NCBI RefSeq assembly: GCF_003790525.1
Contig: NZ_CP033635.1
Direction: 5' to 3' (one strand)
Length of the DNA stretch: 64,000 bases
From: Escherichia coli
GTDB lineage: Bacteria; Pseudomonadota; Gammaproteobacteria; Enterobacterales; Enterobacteriaceae
Below the pieces are notes generated by a model. It was not told the origin of the DNA and ran no database searches. It worked only from the letters and a program-made list of their open reading frames with translations. Positions 12,434 through 25,762 of this stretch are shown here, piece by piece (positions within the stretch are counted from its first letter, which is position 1; each line of letters opens with the position of its first letter). A program made the translations under genes and the position numbers.

Positions 12434-14161
12434 TTAGCAGATTGTTTTTTCTTCAATGAACTTGTTAACCAGCGTCATTAACTCGTCCGTTGTCGGTTGA
12501 GCAAGAGCCTGCTCTGCTAACACCTTCGCATCTTCGAAGTTCGTGTTACGGATAATCTTCTTAATGCGCGGGATAGAAATGGCGCTCATAGAGAATTCGT
12601 CCAGACCCATCCCCAGCAACAGAAGTGTAGCACGTTCATCGCCAGCAAGCTCACCACACATGCCAGTCCATTTGCCTTCAGCATGAGAAGCATCAATAAC
12701 TTGCTTGATCAAGTTCAGCACGGACGGTGACATTGGCTGGTAAAGGTGTGAAATCATATCATTACCACGGTCAACTGCCAGAGTGTACTGCGTTAAATCA
12801 TTGGTGCCGATACTAAAGAAATCAACTTCTTTGGCTAAATGACGTGCAATTGTTGCGGCAGCCGGTGTTTCCACCATTACGCCGATTTCAATTGACTCGT
12901 CAAACGCTTTACCTTCGTCGCGCAGTTCCTGTTTGTAGATTTCGATCTCTTTGCGCAGTGCACGCACTTCTTCAACAGAGATGATCATCGGGAACATAAT
13001 GCGCAATTTACCGAAAGCCGAGGCACGCAGGATAGCGCGGAGCTGATCGCGCAGGATCTCTTTACGATCCATCGCGATACGGATAGCGCGCCAGCCGAGG
13101 AACGGGTTCTCTTCTTTCGGGAAGTTCATGTATGGCAGCTCTTTGTCGCCGCCGATGTCCATGGTACGAACGATAACCGCCTGCGAGCCACACGCTTCAG
13201 CCACTGCTTTGTAAGCAGCAAACTGTTCTTCTTCAGTGGGCAGCGCGTCGCGGTCCATGAACAGGAACTCAGTACGATACAGACCAACGCCTTCAGCGCC
13301 GTTACGCTCTGCACCTTCAACGTCACGAACCGTACCAATGTTAGCGCACACTTCTACCTGGTGACCGTCCAGCGTAATAGCTGGCAGATCTTTCAGTTTA
13401 GCAAGCTCTGCTTTTTCAGAAGCCACTTGCTCCTGAACAGCGCGCATTTTATCAATAACTTCGTTGGTTGGATTGACGTAAACCTGATTATTTACGGCAT
13501 CCAGAATCAGATAGTCGTCATTTTTCACCTGAGAGGTGACGCTACCGGTACCCACGATAGCAGGCAGTTCCAGAGAACGCGCCATGATAGAGGTGTGGGA
13601 AGTACGGCCACCCGCGTCGGTGATGAAACCCAGCACCTTCTTCAGGTTCAGCTGTGCGGTTTCGGACGGCGTCAGGTCAGCGGCAACCAGAATGACTTCA
13701 TCCTGAATGGCGCTCAGGTCGATAATCTTCAGGCCCAGGATGTTGCGCAGCAGGCGCTTACCGATATCACGTACGTCAGCCGCACGTTCTTTCAGGTATT
13801 CATCATCCAGCTCTTCCAGGGCAGAAGCCTGACCTTCGATAACTTCATGAGCAGCTGCGTCAGCTGTCATGTGCTTATCTTTAATCAGGGCTATGATTTC
13901 CTGCTCCAGCTCCTCATCTTCGAGCAGCATAATATGCCCTTCAAAGATGGCTTCTTTTTCTTCACCGAACGTTTCACCAGCTTTCGTTTTGATCGTTTCC
14001 AGCTGGGCTGATGCCTTGGCACGACCGCTCAGAAAACGTTCAACTTCCTGATCAACCTGGTCGGCAGAAATTTTTTTCCGGTCAATGACAATTTCGTCTT
14101 CTTTCAGAAGCAGAGCTTTACCGAAAGCGATACCCGGGGATGCTAAAATGCCTGAAATCAT
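12434..14161 (-). CDS. ptsI: PTS enzyme I (phosphoenolpyruvate-protein phosphotransferase)
   Basis: 575-aa ORF ([35 protein letters not shown]...). Confidence 0.97.
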   Translation of the reverse strand: MISGILASPGIAFGKALLLKEDEIVIDRKKISADQVDQEVERFLSGRAKASAQLETIKTKAGETFGEEKEAIFEGHIMLLEDEELEQEIIALIKDKHMTADAAAHEVIEGQASALEELDDEYLKERAADVRDIGKRLLRNILGLKIIDLSAIQDEVILVAADLTPSETAQLNLKKVLGFITDAGGRTSHTSIMARSLELPAIVGTGSVTSQVKNDDYLILDAVNNQVYVNPTNEVIDKMRAVQEQVASEKAELAKLKDLPAITLDGHQVEVCANIGTVRDVEGAERNGAEGVGLYRTEFLFMDRDALPTEEEQFAAYKAVAEACGSQAVIVRTMDIGGDKELPYMNFPKEENPFLGWRAIRIAMDRKEILRDQLRAILRASAFGKLRIMFPMIISVEEVRALRKEIEIYKQELRDEGKAFDESIEIGVMVETPAAATIARHLAKEVDFFSIGTNDLTQYTLAVDRGNDMISHLYQPMSPSVLNLIKQVIDASHAEGKWTGMCGELAGDERATLLLLGMGLDEFSMSAISIPRIKKIIRNTNFEDAKVLAEQALAQPTTDELMTLVNKFIEEKTIC

Positions 14162-14205
14162 AACCCTACCTTACTTGTGACTGATTTTTAAAAGAACCCG
14201 GGAAA

Positions 14206-14463
14206 TTACTCGAGTTCCGCCATCAGTTTAACCAGATGTTCAACCGCTTTCTGCTCGTCTTCGCCTTCTGCGGAGATAGTCACAACGGTACCTTGAGTCA
14301 GGCCCAGAGTCTGCAGTTTAAACAGGCTTTTCGCGCTGGCGCTTTTGCCGTTGGAAGTCACAGTAATTTCAGAAGTGAAGCCCTTAGCTTCTTTTACAAA
14401 CTGGGCAGCAGGGCGGGTGTGCAGACCGTTCGGAGCGGTAATGGTAACTTCTTGCTGGAACAT
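14206..14463 (-). CDS. ptsH: PTS phosphocarrier protein HPr
   Basis: 85-aa [32 protein letters not shown]... with active-site His15 context. Confidence 0.97.
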
Positions 14464-14702
14464 TGTATTTCCCCAACTTATAGGTTTAGTGTTGTGGAAC
14501 TAAAGTCTAGCCTGGCGGTTCGACTTTAGCCTGTATTGTTAGCGCCAGTTTTTAACAGACGCGACGCACGAAGAGCGCAATACAGTCCATTGCTGGCGGG
14601 TGTTGACCGCTGACGTTTCGTACGTCATTAAACATTATGCCGCTAAAGGAAGAATTGAACCAAATCATAAAATCGATTCAGCTTTGGCTTTTCCTGTAAC
14701 GA

Positions 14703-14724
14703 TTAATTTCGCGCATCAAAATAA
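14703..14724. promoter_or_regulatory. Candidate Mlc/NagC-type operator in the ptsH promoter region
   Basis: Near-palindromic ttaatttcgcgcatcaaaataa about 240 bp upstream of the ptsH start; resembles the TT-N-CGCG-N-AA architecture of Mlc sites. Confidence 0.35.
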
Positions 14725-14796
14725 TTAGTCTGGTTAAATACCAGTTCCGACAGGCTGAATCAATGCCAGGAGGGGCGAAAGTTTGAAGCAGGCCAC

Positions 14797-14824
14797 AAAA
14801 AAGCACCTGAAAAGGTGCTTTTTT
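14797..14824. terminator. Rho-independent terminator downstream of cysK (symmetric A-run/hairpin/T-run)
   Basis: aaaaaagcacctgaaaaggtgctttttt: 6-bp GC-containing stem flanked by A and T runs. Confidence 0.6.
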
Positions 14825-14846
14825 ACGCATTTTTAACAAGCTGGCA

Positions 14847-15818
14847 TTACTGTTGCAGTTCTTTCTCAGTGAAGAGATCGGCAAACAATGCGGTGCTTAA
14901 ATAACGCTCACCCGATGATGGTAGAATAACCACAATATTCTTGTTGGTAAAGCTTTCATCTTCTTGTAGTTTCAACGCCGCGGCAACAGCTGCTCCAGAA
15001 GAGATACCAGCAAGAATACCTTCTTCTTCCATCAGACGACGTGCGGTAGAAATGGCTTCTTCATTGGTGATGCCAATGACTTTGTCGACCAGCTTGAGAT
15101 CGAGGTTAGCCGGGATAAAACCAGCGCCAATACCCTGAATTTTATGCGGGCCAGGTTTAATCTCTTCACCTGCCAGCGCCTGGGCGATAACTGGAGAATC
15201 GGTTGGCTCAACGGCGACAGAGATAAGATCGGTCTTGCCTTTGGTGCCTTTAATGTAGCGGCTGACGCCAGTCAGCGTACCGCCAGTCCCAACGCCAGCA
15301 ATAAATACATCAACCTGACCGTCGGTATCTTCCCAGATCTCCGGACCGGTGGTTTTTTCGTGAATTTCAGGGTTTGCCGGATTGCTGAATTGTTGCAGCA
15401 GCAGGTATTTCTCTGGATTGCTGGCGACAATTTCTTCTGCTTTTTGGATTGCGCCTTTCATGCCTTTAGCACCTTCGGTCAGCACCAGGTTTGCACCTAA
15501 CGCTTTCAGCAGCTTGCGGCGTTCAATACTCATGGTTTCTGGCATGGTCAGGGTAAGTTTGTAACCGCGAGCGGCAGCGACATAGGCCAGTGCAATCCCG
15601 GTATTACCGCTGGTTGGTTCAACCAGTTCAACGCCTGGTTTCAGCACGCCGCGCTTTTCGGCATCCCAAATCATGTTGGCACCGATACGGCACTTAACGC
15701 TGAAGCTGGGGTTACGAGATTCCACCTTCGCCAGAATGCGTCCGTTACCGATGCGATTCAGGCGAACCAGCGGTGTGTGACCGATAGTCAGCGAGTTATC
15801 TTCAAAAATCTTACTCAT
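14847..15818 (-). CDS. cysK: Cysteine synthase A (O-acetylserine sulfhydrylase A)
   Basis: 323-aa ORF ([44 protein letters not shown]...). Confidence 0.97.
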   Translation of the reverse strand: MSKIFEDNSLTIGHTPLVRLNRIGNGRILAKVESRNPSFSVKCRIGANMIWDAEKRGVLKPGVELVEPTSGNTGIALAYVAAARGYKLTLTMPETMSIERRKLLKALGANLVLTEGAKGMKGAIQKAEEIVASNPEKYLLLQQFSNPANPEIHEKTTGPEIWEDTDGQVDVFIAGVGTGGTLTGVSRYIKGTKGKTDLISVAVEPTDSPVIAQALAGEEIKPGPHKIQGIGAGFIPANLDLKLVDKVIGITNEEAISTARRLMEEEGILAGISSGAAVAAALKLQEDESFTNKNIVVILPSSGERYLSTALFADLFTEKELQQ

Positions 15819-16002
15819 GGCCTGTCCTTAACTGTATGAAATTGGGATACAACAGGTAGCATACCCGCTCAGAGAATATGCGGAAGTAAGGATTTAGCAT
15901 ATCTATATGCAGAAGGGAAATAATGACATGCAAGATGGAATAAGGGGCGGCATAAGCCACCCCTGTTTCATACAAACGGTTTACAAAATAACCGGTAGAT
16001 TG

Positions 16003-16764
16003 TTACCGCCACATGGCGTGTTTATCGCGATAGCAATCGACCCACATCGCCGTCGCGCCACAAACGGCAACGGGCATAATGAACAGATTAAGCAGCGGGA
16101 TCATCGTAAACAGGCTGGTTAAAGCACCAAACTGCATATTGGTGATTTTGCGTGTGCGCAGGGCGGTGCGCATCTCTTTAAACGGCACTTTGTGGTTATC
16201 GAAGGGGTAATCGCAATACTGGATGGCTAACATCCAGGCGCTAAACAGGAACCATAGTACCGGCGCGACGGTTTGCCCAATACCAGGGATGAAGTAAAGA
16301 ATTAGCAATACAATTGCGCGCGGCAGATACCAGGCAAATTTTTGCCATTCGCGTTTCATGATTCGCGGCACATCTTTCATGATACCGAAAATCCCGGTAT
16401 CTGGCGGTGTAGCGCCAGTCAATCTTGCTTCCAGTTGTTCAGCCAATAAACCGTTGAACGGAGCGGCAATCCAGTTAGCAATCGTTGAGAAGAAATAGCC
16501 AAACACTAACAGCACGGAGATGACTGCCAGAGGCCACAACAGATAGCTCAGCCATTGTAACCAGTCCGGAACATAACTCATGAGCGTCGGGATCCAGACA
16601 TCGAGCTGCGTAAATAGCCACCAGAATGCGCCCCCCATCAACAAAATATTGACCAGCAGCGGTAAAATAACGAAACGCCGAATCCCAGGTTGCGAGACGA
16701 GCTTCCAGCCTTGCGCAAAATAGTAAAAACCGCTGCGTGGGGCAGATGTGAATGATGAAACCAT
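16003..16764 (-). CDS. cysZ: Sulfate transporter CysZ
   Basis: 253-aa membrane protein matching CysZ. Confidence 0.95.
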
Positions 16765-16993
16765 AATCAGGATGAGCTCCTTTTGACCAATCCCAGGAAA
16801 ATTCTGCGTATTTTACCGGGTAATTGCGCAATGGACAGTTAGGATATGTTCGAAAAAACAGCAAAAAGCACGATTTCATCTATCTTTGTGCTGTGAAAGT
16901 TAATAGTGCACTTGCACTTGAGGTAATCGGCAAATACTCTTAGTGAGTAAATGTTTGCCGTGGTGGCAAGGTGTTAGAACAACAGAGAATATA

Positions 16994-17992
16994 ATGATGC
17001 AGGATTTGCGTCTGATATTAATCATTGTTGGCGCGATCGCCATAATCGCTTTACTGGTACATGGTTTCTGGACCAGCCGTAAAGAACGATCTTCTATGTT
17101 CCGCGATCGGCCATTAAAACGAATGAAGTCAAAACGTGACGACGATTCTTATGACGAGGATGTCGAAGATGATGAGGGCGTTGGTGAGGTTCGAGTTCAC
17201 CGCGTGAATCATGCCCCGGCTAACGCCCAGGAGCATGAGGCTGCTCGTCCGTCGCCGCAACACCAGTACCAACCGCCTTATGCGTCTGCGCAGCCGCGTC
17301 AACCGGTCCAGCAGCCGCCTGAAGCTCAGGTACCGCCGCAACATGCTCCGCGTCCAGCGCAGCCGGTGCAGCAACCCGTGCAGCAGCCTGCCTATCAGCC
17401 GCAGCCTGAACAGCCGTTGCAGCAGCCAGTTTCGCCACAGGTCGCATCAGCGCCGCAGCCAGTGCATTCAGCACCGCAACCGGCACAACAGGCTTTCCAG
17501 CCTGCAGAGCCTGTAGCGGCACCACAGCCTGAGCCTGTAGCGGAACCGGCTCCAGTTATGGATAAACCGAAGCGCAAAGAAGCGGTGATTATCATGAACG
17601 TCGCGGCGCATCACGGTAGCGAGTTAAACGGTGAACTGCTTCTTAACAGCATTCAACAAGCGGGCTTCATTTTTGGCGATATGAATATTTACCATCGTCA
17701 TCTTAGCCCGGATGGCAGCGGCCCGGCGTTATTTAGCCTGGCGAATATGGTGAAACCGGGAACCTTTGATCCTGAAATGAAGGATTTCACTACTCCGGGT
17801 GTCACTATCTTTATGCAGGTACCGTCTTACGGTGACGAGCTGCAGAACTTCAAGCTGATGCTGCAATCTGCGCAGCATATTGCCGATGAAGTGGGCGGTG
17901 TAGTGCTTGACGATCAGCGCCGTATGATGACTCCGCAGAAATTGCGCGAGTACCAGGACATCATCCGCGAAGTCAAAGACGCCAACGCCTGA
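16994..17992 (+). CDS. zipA: Cell division protein ZipA (FtsZ membrane anchor)
   Basis: Starts [26 protein letters not shown] (N-terminal TM), long P/Q-rich linker, conserved C-terminal FtsZ-binding domain; 332 aa here. Confidence 0.92.
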
Positions 17993-18053
17993 TACACTTA
18001 AGGCAAATTAACTCCTTTTCGAACCCCCGCTTGTCGGGGGTTTTTAGCATTGA

Positions 18054-20078
<2,025 letters not shown>

Positions 20079-20079
20079 G

Positions 20080-20298
20080 ATGGAAAAAGAGCAGCTGATT
20101 GAAATAGCCAATACGATAATGCCGTTTGGCAAGTACAAAGGGCGTCGCTTAATCGACCTGCCGGAGGAGTATCTGCTGTGGTTTGCCCGCAAAGATGAGT
20201 TCCCGGCAGGGAAGCTCGGTGAGCTAATGCAAATCACGCTGCTGATTAAAACCGAGGGGCTGACGCAACTGGTCCAGCCCCTGAAACGCACACTTTAA
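20080..20298 (+). CDS. ypeB: Small conserved protein, YpeB-like (DUF3820)
   Basis: ATG at 20080 two bases after the ligA stop gives 72 aa MEKEQLIEIANTIMPFGKYKGRRLIDLPEEY... Confidence 0.8.
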   Translation: MEKEQLIEIANTIMPFGKYKGRRLIDLPEEYLLWFARKDEFPAGKLGELMQITLLIKTEGLTQLVQPLKRTL

Positions 20299-21293
20299 GC
20301 TTTATCGGCGCTGCTTTCCTGCTGCGCCTGTAACTGTTCGGTCTGGCGTTTGTATCGACGCGCCAGCACCGCACAGACCATCAATTGGATCTGATGGAAA
20401 ATCATCAGAGGCAGCACCATCATACCGATCACCGATGTGGGGAACAGAATGTTTGCCATCGGGATGCCATTTGCCAGACTCTTTTTCGAACCACAAAAGA
20501 CGATAGTAATTTCATCTGCCTTATTGAAGCCCAGTCGGCGTGCCATAAAGACGTTAACTACAATCACGATAGCCAGAAGAACGCAACTGACCACCACGAT
20601 AAACAGCAATGATCCCCAGCCAACTTTGTGCCAGATACCGTTAACGACGGCTTCGCTGAATGCCGTATAAACCACCAACAGAATGGACGTCTGGTCAGTT
20701 TTCGCAATCCATTTTTTATTGCGCGACACCCAGTCACCAATCCACGGCCGGGAAAGATGCCCCAACACAAACGGCAGCAGCAGTTGCAGCATAATTTTAC
20801 CGACCTGCTCAAGGCTGCCCCCTGCACCGTGAACATTCATCACCAGACCAACCAGCAATGGTGAAAGGAAAATCCCCAGCAGGCTGGATGCTGACGCAGA
20901 ACAAACCGCCGCCGCGACGTTACCGCCCGCCATTGACGTGAAGGCGATTGCAGACTGCACGGTAGCAGGAAGAATGCACAAGTAGAGAAAACCGGAATAG
21001 AGCATCGGGGCGACATTTACCGGTTTCCACCAGGCAAACAGCACGCCCAAAATTGGGAACAGCACGAAGGTGCTACACATCACCCATAAATGCAGTCGCC
21101 AATGACCACCGCCTGCAATAATGGCTTCTCGCGATAACTTCGCGCCGTGCATAAAGAACAGCAGAGCAATGGCTGCGGTAGTCAGATTTTCAAAGAAGGG
21201 AACGGAATCGCCTCTGGCCGGAAAGAAAGAGGCCAGCAGCACCACCGTGATCAGGGTTAAGGTGAAAGGATCGAGGATACGAAAAAGTTTCAT
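20295..21293 (-). CDS. yfeH: Bile acid:sodium symporter family membrane transporter
   Basis: 332-aa polytopic membrane protein; conserved position divergent from yfeR. Confidence 0.9.
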   Translation of the reverse strand: MKLFRILDPFTLTLITVVLLASFFPARGDSVPFFENLTTAAIALLFFMHGAKLSREAIIAGGGHWRLHLWVMCSTFVLFPILGVLFAWWKPVNVAPMLYSGFLYLCILPATVQSAIAFTSMAGGNVAAAVCSASASSLLGIFLSPLLVGLVMNVHGAGGSLEQVGKIMLQLLLPFVLGHLSRPWIGDWVSRNKKWIAKTDQTSILLVVYTAFSEAVVNGIWHKVGWGSLLFIVVVSCVLLAIVIVVNVFMARRLGFNKADEITIVFCGSKKSLANGIPMANILFPTSVIGMMVLPLMIFHQIQLMVCAVLARRYKRQTEQLQAQQESSADKA

Positions 21294-21382
21294 AAAGACT
21301 CCAGATGATCGATGGTTCTATTGTGCTTCTTCCAGTTTGAGAAATAAAATTGATTTATTGCATCCATTCATGAAGAAAACAG

Positions 21383-22309
21383 ATGAATTATTCTTTAAAA
21401 CAATTAAAGGTTTTCGTCACAGTAGCGCAGGAGAAAAGTTTTAGTCGTGCAGGAGAGCGTATCGGCCTGAGCCAGTCGGCAGTGAGTCACAGTGTGAAGG
21501 AGCTGGAAAATCATACTGGTGTTCGCCTGCTGGACAGAACCACGCGTGAAGTGGTGCTTACAGATGCAGGGCAGCAGTTGGCTTTGCGTCTTGAGCGACT
21601 GCTGGATGAACTTAACAGCACGTTGCGCGATACCGGGCGTATGGGGCAACAACTGAGCGGAAAAGTTCGGGTCGCTGCCAGCCAGACCATTTCCGCGCAT
21701 CTTATTCCGCAATGCATTGCTGAAAGCCATCGCCGCTATCCAGATATTCAGTTTGTCCTGCACGATCGTCCGCAGCAGTGGGTGATGGAAAGTATTCGCC
21801 AGGGAGATGTCGATTTTGGCATCGTCATCGATCCAGGCCCAGTGAGCGATCTGCAATGTGAAGCGATTCTTTCCGAGCCTTTCTTCTTGCTTTGCCATCG
21901 CGATAGCGCTTTGGCCGCGGAAGATTATGTCCCCTGGCAGGCATTACAGGGAGCGAAATTGGTGTTGCAGGATTACGCGTCAGGCAGCCGACCGCTGATT
22001 GACGCAGCTCTGGCGCGCAATGGTATTCAGGCGAATATTGTGCAGGAGATTGGACATCCGGCGACGCTGTTCCCGATGGTAGCCGCAGGCATCGGCATCA
22101 GTATTCTTCCCGCACTGGCGCTACCATTGCCTGAAGGTAGCCCGCTGGTGGTAAAGCGCATTACGCCGGTGGTGGAACGCCAGTTGATGCTGGTGCGCAG
22201 GAAGAACCGTTCACTTTCCACCGCCGCACAAGCGTTATGGGACGTGGTACGAGGCCAGGGCCGTGCGCTAATGGCTGGGCGGGAAGGGGATCCGCTGTAT
22301 CAGATATAG
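21383..22309 (+). CDS. yfeR: LysR-family transcriptional regulator
   Basis: 308 aa with N-terminal HTH ([38 protein letters not shown]). Confidence 0.9.
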   Translation: MNYSLKQLKVFVTVAQEKSFSRAGERIGLSQSAVSHSVKELENHTGVRLLDRTTREVVLTDAGQQLALRLERLLDELNSTLRDTGRMGQQLSGKVRVAASQTISAHLIPQCIAESHRRYPDIQFVLHDRPQQWVMESIRQGDVDFGIVIDPGPVSDLQCEAILSEPFFLLCHRDSALAAEDYVPWQALQGAKLVLQDYASGSRPLIDAALARNGIQANIVQEIGHPATLFPMVAAGIGISILPALALPLPEGSPLVVKRITPVVERQLMLVRRKNRSLSTAAQALWDVVRGQGRALMAGREGDPLYQI

Positions 22310-22346
22310 AGCTATTCATACTGCCGGGAGCCCCGGCAGTAATCAA

Positions 22347-23111
22347 TCAGAAATTAAATTTGATGGAGTAGATTATTGCATCCTGGTAAAAATCTTCGCC
22401 CAGTTTGTCATCCGCATAACGATACTGAATCCCTGTGGTGATGTGTGAAGTTGCATTCCACCAAAGTGCGACGGCACCGTTCAGACCTTCTTTGCCGCCA
22501 TTACTTGCCGCGTAGGTGGCATCACGATCAAACTCGTACTCGTTCCAGTTGGTGAGGGTGAATTTCTCACTGCCCAGCATAAAGCTGTAACCTGCAACCC
22601 AACCGGCGACATAACCGTTAACGCCGGTATAATAGGTTTGGTCTGTATAGCGTTTTGCAAAGAACGGTTTGAACCACCAACCGCTGCCGGTGAAATTGTA
22701 GCCGATCCCGTAAAGGAACATATCGTCATGGAAATTCACACGATTCGCAGAACCGTAGGTGCCATACGCATGCAAGTAGAGATTAAATCCGGTGTCACCC
22801 AGGTAAATACGGTTGGTATTTTTAAATGTGTAACGCTGCTCGCTACCCGGTTTATCATGACGATTATTATAAAAGTTTTCCCAGTCGAAGAACCCGTACA
22901 TTTCTCCCCAACTAAAGTTAGCGCCGCCTTCCAGTTCCAGATATCCAAAATCATCTTTGTGTGATTTGGTCGACGATTTCTCAGTGGTTCTGCTAGTCCA
23001 GTCAAGATAATGAATACCTATATCAGCAAAACCGCCTTTAAATTCTGCATGGGATACTGCTGGTATCGCCAATACAGAAGAGAGTGTCAGAGTAAAAAGA
23101 TGTTTTTTCAT
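22347..23111 (-). CDS. yfeN: Tsx-like outer membrane (nucleoside channel family) protein
   Basis: 254 aa with signal peptide and aromatic-rich beta-barrel-like sequence ending in F; adjacent to the xap nucleoside genes. Confidence 0.85.
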   Translation of the reverse strand: MKKHLFTLTLSSVLAIPAVSHAEFKGGFADIGIHYLDWTSRTTEKSSTKSHKDDFGYLELEGGANFSWGEMYGFFDWENFYNNRHDKPGSEQRYTFKNTNRIYLGDTGFNLYLHAYGTYGSANRVNFHDDMFLYGIGYNFTGSGWWFKPFFAKRYTDQTYYTGVNGYVAGWVAGYSFMLGSEKFTLTNWNEYEFDRDATYAASNGGKEGLNGAVALWWNATSHITTGIQYRYADDKLGEDFYQDAIIYSIKFNF

Positions 23112-23359
23112 AGCATAATTCCCTATGCTGATCGTTATTAGTTGATTGCTTAATAAAAAGGTTGATTAAAAGCGGCATATTGTTAATGCAAGGGAAAGGA
23201 GAGTACCAATACAGTTTTTTCAGTCTATTAATAGTGAAAAAATATAAATATATCGATATCGAATAACTATCGGATACATGAAAAAAGTGTATTGGTATGA
23301 GTTAGGGCAATCTCGTTATAAAAAGGCGTTAGATTCCACCCTACAAAAAAAGGATATAT

Positions 23360-24193
23360 ATGTATCAGGCTCAGTTTTCTCATAACCCACTGTATTGCGT
23401 AGATATTATCAAGACTTATAAACCTGATTTCACGCCACGAGTGGCCTTTATTTTAGGTTCCGGGCTGGGCGCGCTGGCCGATCAGATTGAGAACGCGGTC
23501 GCAATTTCCTACGAAAAGCTGCCTGGGTTCCCGGTAAGTACCGTACACGGTCATGCGGGTGAGCTGGTGCTGGGTTATCTCCAGGGGGTGCCAGTGGCGT
23601 GCATGAAAGGTCGCGGACATTTCTACGAAGGTCGTGGGATGACCATCATGACGGATGCAATCCGTACCTTTAAGTTGCTGGGCTGCGAGTTGCTGTTCTG
23701 CACCAATGCGGCTGGCTCACTGCGTCCTGAAGTGGGGGCCGGCAGTCTGGTCGCATTGAAAGATCACATCAACACCATGCCGGGAACGCCGATGGTGGGT
23801 CTTAATGATGAACGTTTTGGTGAGCGCTTCTTCTCGCTGGCAAATACCTACGATGCGGAATACCGCGCACTGTTACAAAAAGTGGCGAAAGAAGAGGGGT
23901 TCCCTCTGACGGAGGGCGTGTTCGTCTCGTATCCGGGTCCGAATTTCGAGACTGCGGCGGAAATTCGCATGATGCAAATTATTGGTGGGGATGTTGTTGG
24001 TATGTCTGTGGTGCCTGAGGTTATTTCTGCTCGCCATTGCGAACTTAAAGTCGTTGCGGTCTCTGCGATTACCAACATGGCGGAAGGTCTGAGTGACGTG
24101 AAGCTTTCTCATGCCCAAACGCTGGCAGCAGCGGAACTCTCAAAGCAAAACTTTATTAATCTTATTTGCGGCTTTCTGCGCAAAATTGCCTGA
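23360..24193 (+). CDS. xapA: Purine nucleoside phosphorylase II (xanthosine phosphorylase)
   Basis: 277-aa ORF matching XapA/PNP family. Confidence 0.95.
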   Translation: MYQAQFSHNPLYCVDIIKTYKPDFTPRVAFILGSGLGALADQIENAVAISYEKLPGFPVSTVHGHAGELVLGYLQGVPVACMKGRGHFYEGRGMTIMTDAIRTFKLLGCELLFCTNAAGSLRPEVGAGSLVALKDHINTMPGTPMVGLNDERFGERFFSLANTYDAEYRALLQKVAKEEGFPLTEGVFVSYPGPNFETAAEIRMMQIIGGDVVGMSVVPEVISARHCELKVVAVSAITNMAEGLSDVKLSHAQTLAAAELSKQNFINLICGFLRKIA

Positions 24194-24253
24194 GTAAAAC
24201 AACAATAAACGGCCTCACTGAGTGAGGCCATATGATGCGACAAGGAAACGATT

Positions 24254-25510
24254 ATGAGCATCGCTTTGCGCTTAAAGGTAATGTCCTTTTTGCAATATTT
24301 TATCTGGGGGAGCTGGCTGGTTACCCTCGGTTCTTACATGATTAATACCCTTCATTTCACCGGCGCTAATGTTGGCATGGTTTACAGTTCCAAAGGGATC
24401 GCCGCGATTATTATGCCTGGTATAATGGGGATCATCGCAGACAAATGGCTGCGTGCAGAACGTGCATACATGCTGTGTCACCTGGTGTGTGCAGGCGTAC
24501 TTTTTTATGCGGCATCCGTAACTGATCCGGATATGATGTTTTGGGTGATGTTAGTCAATGCGATGGCGTTTATGCCGACTATTGCGTTATCGAACAGCGT
24601 CTCTTATTCCTGTCTTGCCCAGGCAGGGCTTGACCCGGTGACCGCTTTCCCGCCCATTCGCGTTTTTGGTACTGTGGGGTTCATTGTCGCCATGTGGGCA
24701 GTAAGCCTGCTGCATCTGGAATTGAGTAGTCTGCAACTGTATATCGCGTCCGGTGCGTCATTGCTGCTGTCGGCTTATGCGCTGACTTTGCCGAAGATTC
24801 CGGTTGCGGAGAAAAAAGCGACTACATCGCTTGCCAGCAAGCTGGGCCTGGATGCCTTCGTGCTGTTTAAAAATCCACGCATGGCTATCTTTTTCCTCTT
24901 CGCCATGATGCTGGGTGCGGTGCTGCAAATTACCAACGTTTTTGGCAACCCGTTCCTGCATGATTTCGCCCGTAATCCTGAGTTTGCTGATAGCTTCGTG
25001 GTGAAATACCCGTCCATTTTACTGTCAGTTTCACAGATGGCTGAAGTCGGTTTCATTCTGACGATACCGTTCTTTTTGAAGCGTTTCGGTATTAAAACCG
25101 TCATGCTGATGAGTATGGTGGCGTGGACGCTGCGCTTTGGCTTCTTTGCCTATGGCGACCCATCACCAACCGGGTTTATTTTGCTGTTGCTGTCGATGAT
25201 TGTTTACGGTTGTGCATTCGATTTCTTCAATATTTCTGGTTCGGTCTTTGTCGAACAGGAAGTTGATTCCAGCATTCGTGCCAGCGCCCAGGGCCTTTTT
25301 ATGACGATGGTAAATGGCGTCGGCGCATGGGTTGGCTCGATTCTGAGCGGTATGGCAGTGGATTACTTCTCGGTGGATGGCGTAAAAGATTGGCATACCA
25401 TTTGGCTGATGTTTGCAGGGTATGCTCTTTTCCTCGCAGTGATATTTTTCTTTGGGTTTAAATATAACCATGACCCTGAAAAGATAACGCATCGTTCAGT
25501 TACACATTAA
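24254..25510 (+). CDS. xapB: Xanthosine:H+ symporter (MFS, NHS family)
   Basis: 418-aa 12-TM transporter matching XapB. Confidence 0.95.
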   Translation: MSIALRLKVMSFLQYFIWGSWLVTLGSYMINTLHFTGANVGMVYSSKGIAAIIMPGIMGIIADKWLRAERAYMLCHLVCAGVLFYAASVTDPDMMFWVMLVNAMAFMPTIALSNSVSYSCLAQAGLDPVTAFPPIRVFGTVGFIVAMWAVSLLHLELSSLQLYIASGASLLLSAYALTLPKIPVAEKKATTSLASKLGLDAFVLFKNPRMAIFFLFAMMLGAVLQITNVFGNPFLHDFARNPEFADSFVVKYPSILLSVSQMAEVGFILTIPFFLKRFGIKTVMLMSMVAWTLRFGFFAYGDPSPTGFILLLLSMIVYGCAFDFFNISGSVFVEQEVDSSIRASAQGLFMTMVNGVGAWVGSILSGMAVDYFSVDGVKDWHTIWLMFAGYALFLAVIFFFGFKYNHDPEKITHRSVTH

Positions 25511-25762
25511 AAGGATTCGCAGCTCTGTTCCTTGGGGCTGCTTTTATGATAAAGGTTAATTAGTGAAAGATATTTTATTTTCTTCTGGCGTTGGTTTTGG
25601 CATTGGTGCTTTGTTTACAATCGTGCGATTACCTATTCCTGTTCCAAATGTATTGCCGGGTATATTATCCATCGTGTTTATGTATGTCGGATATCTGGTG
25701 GTGAAATACTTTATGCCATGATAATTTAATACGATATATTTTTTTATATGGAGCACTTAATT

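Noticed and set aside
14495-14530. Inverted repeat ctaaagtc...gactttag in the ptsH 5' leader as a possible riboswitch or attenuator
   Set aside because: Short single hairpin with no accompanying terminator or anti-terminator arrangement; more likely mRNA secondary structure or part of the known complex ptsH promoter region.
17129-17595. Several ORFs in alternative frames within the zipA linker region
   Set aside because: The Pro/Gln-rich repetitive codons keep other frames open; these are artefacts of low-complexity sequence.
25556-25756. 66-aa minus-strand ORF in the xapB-xapR intergenic region
   Set aside because: Antisense to the xap transcription direction, AT-rich, no ribosome-binding site; less plausible than the plus-strand small ORF, which is itself speculative.
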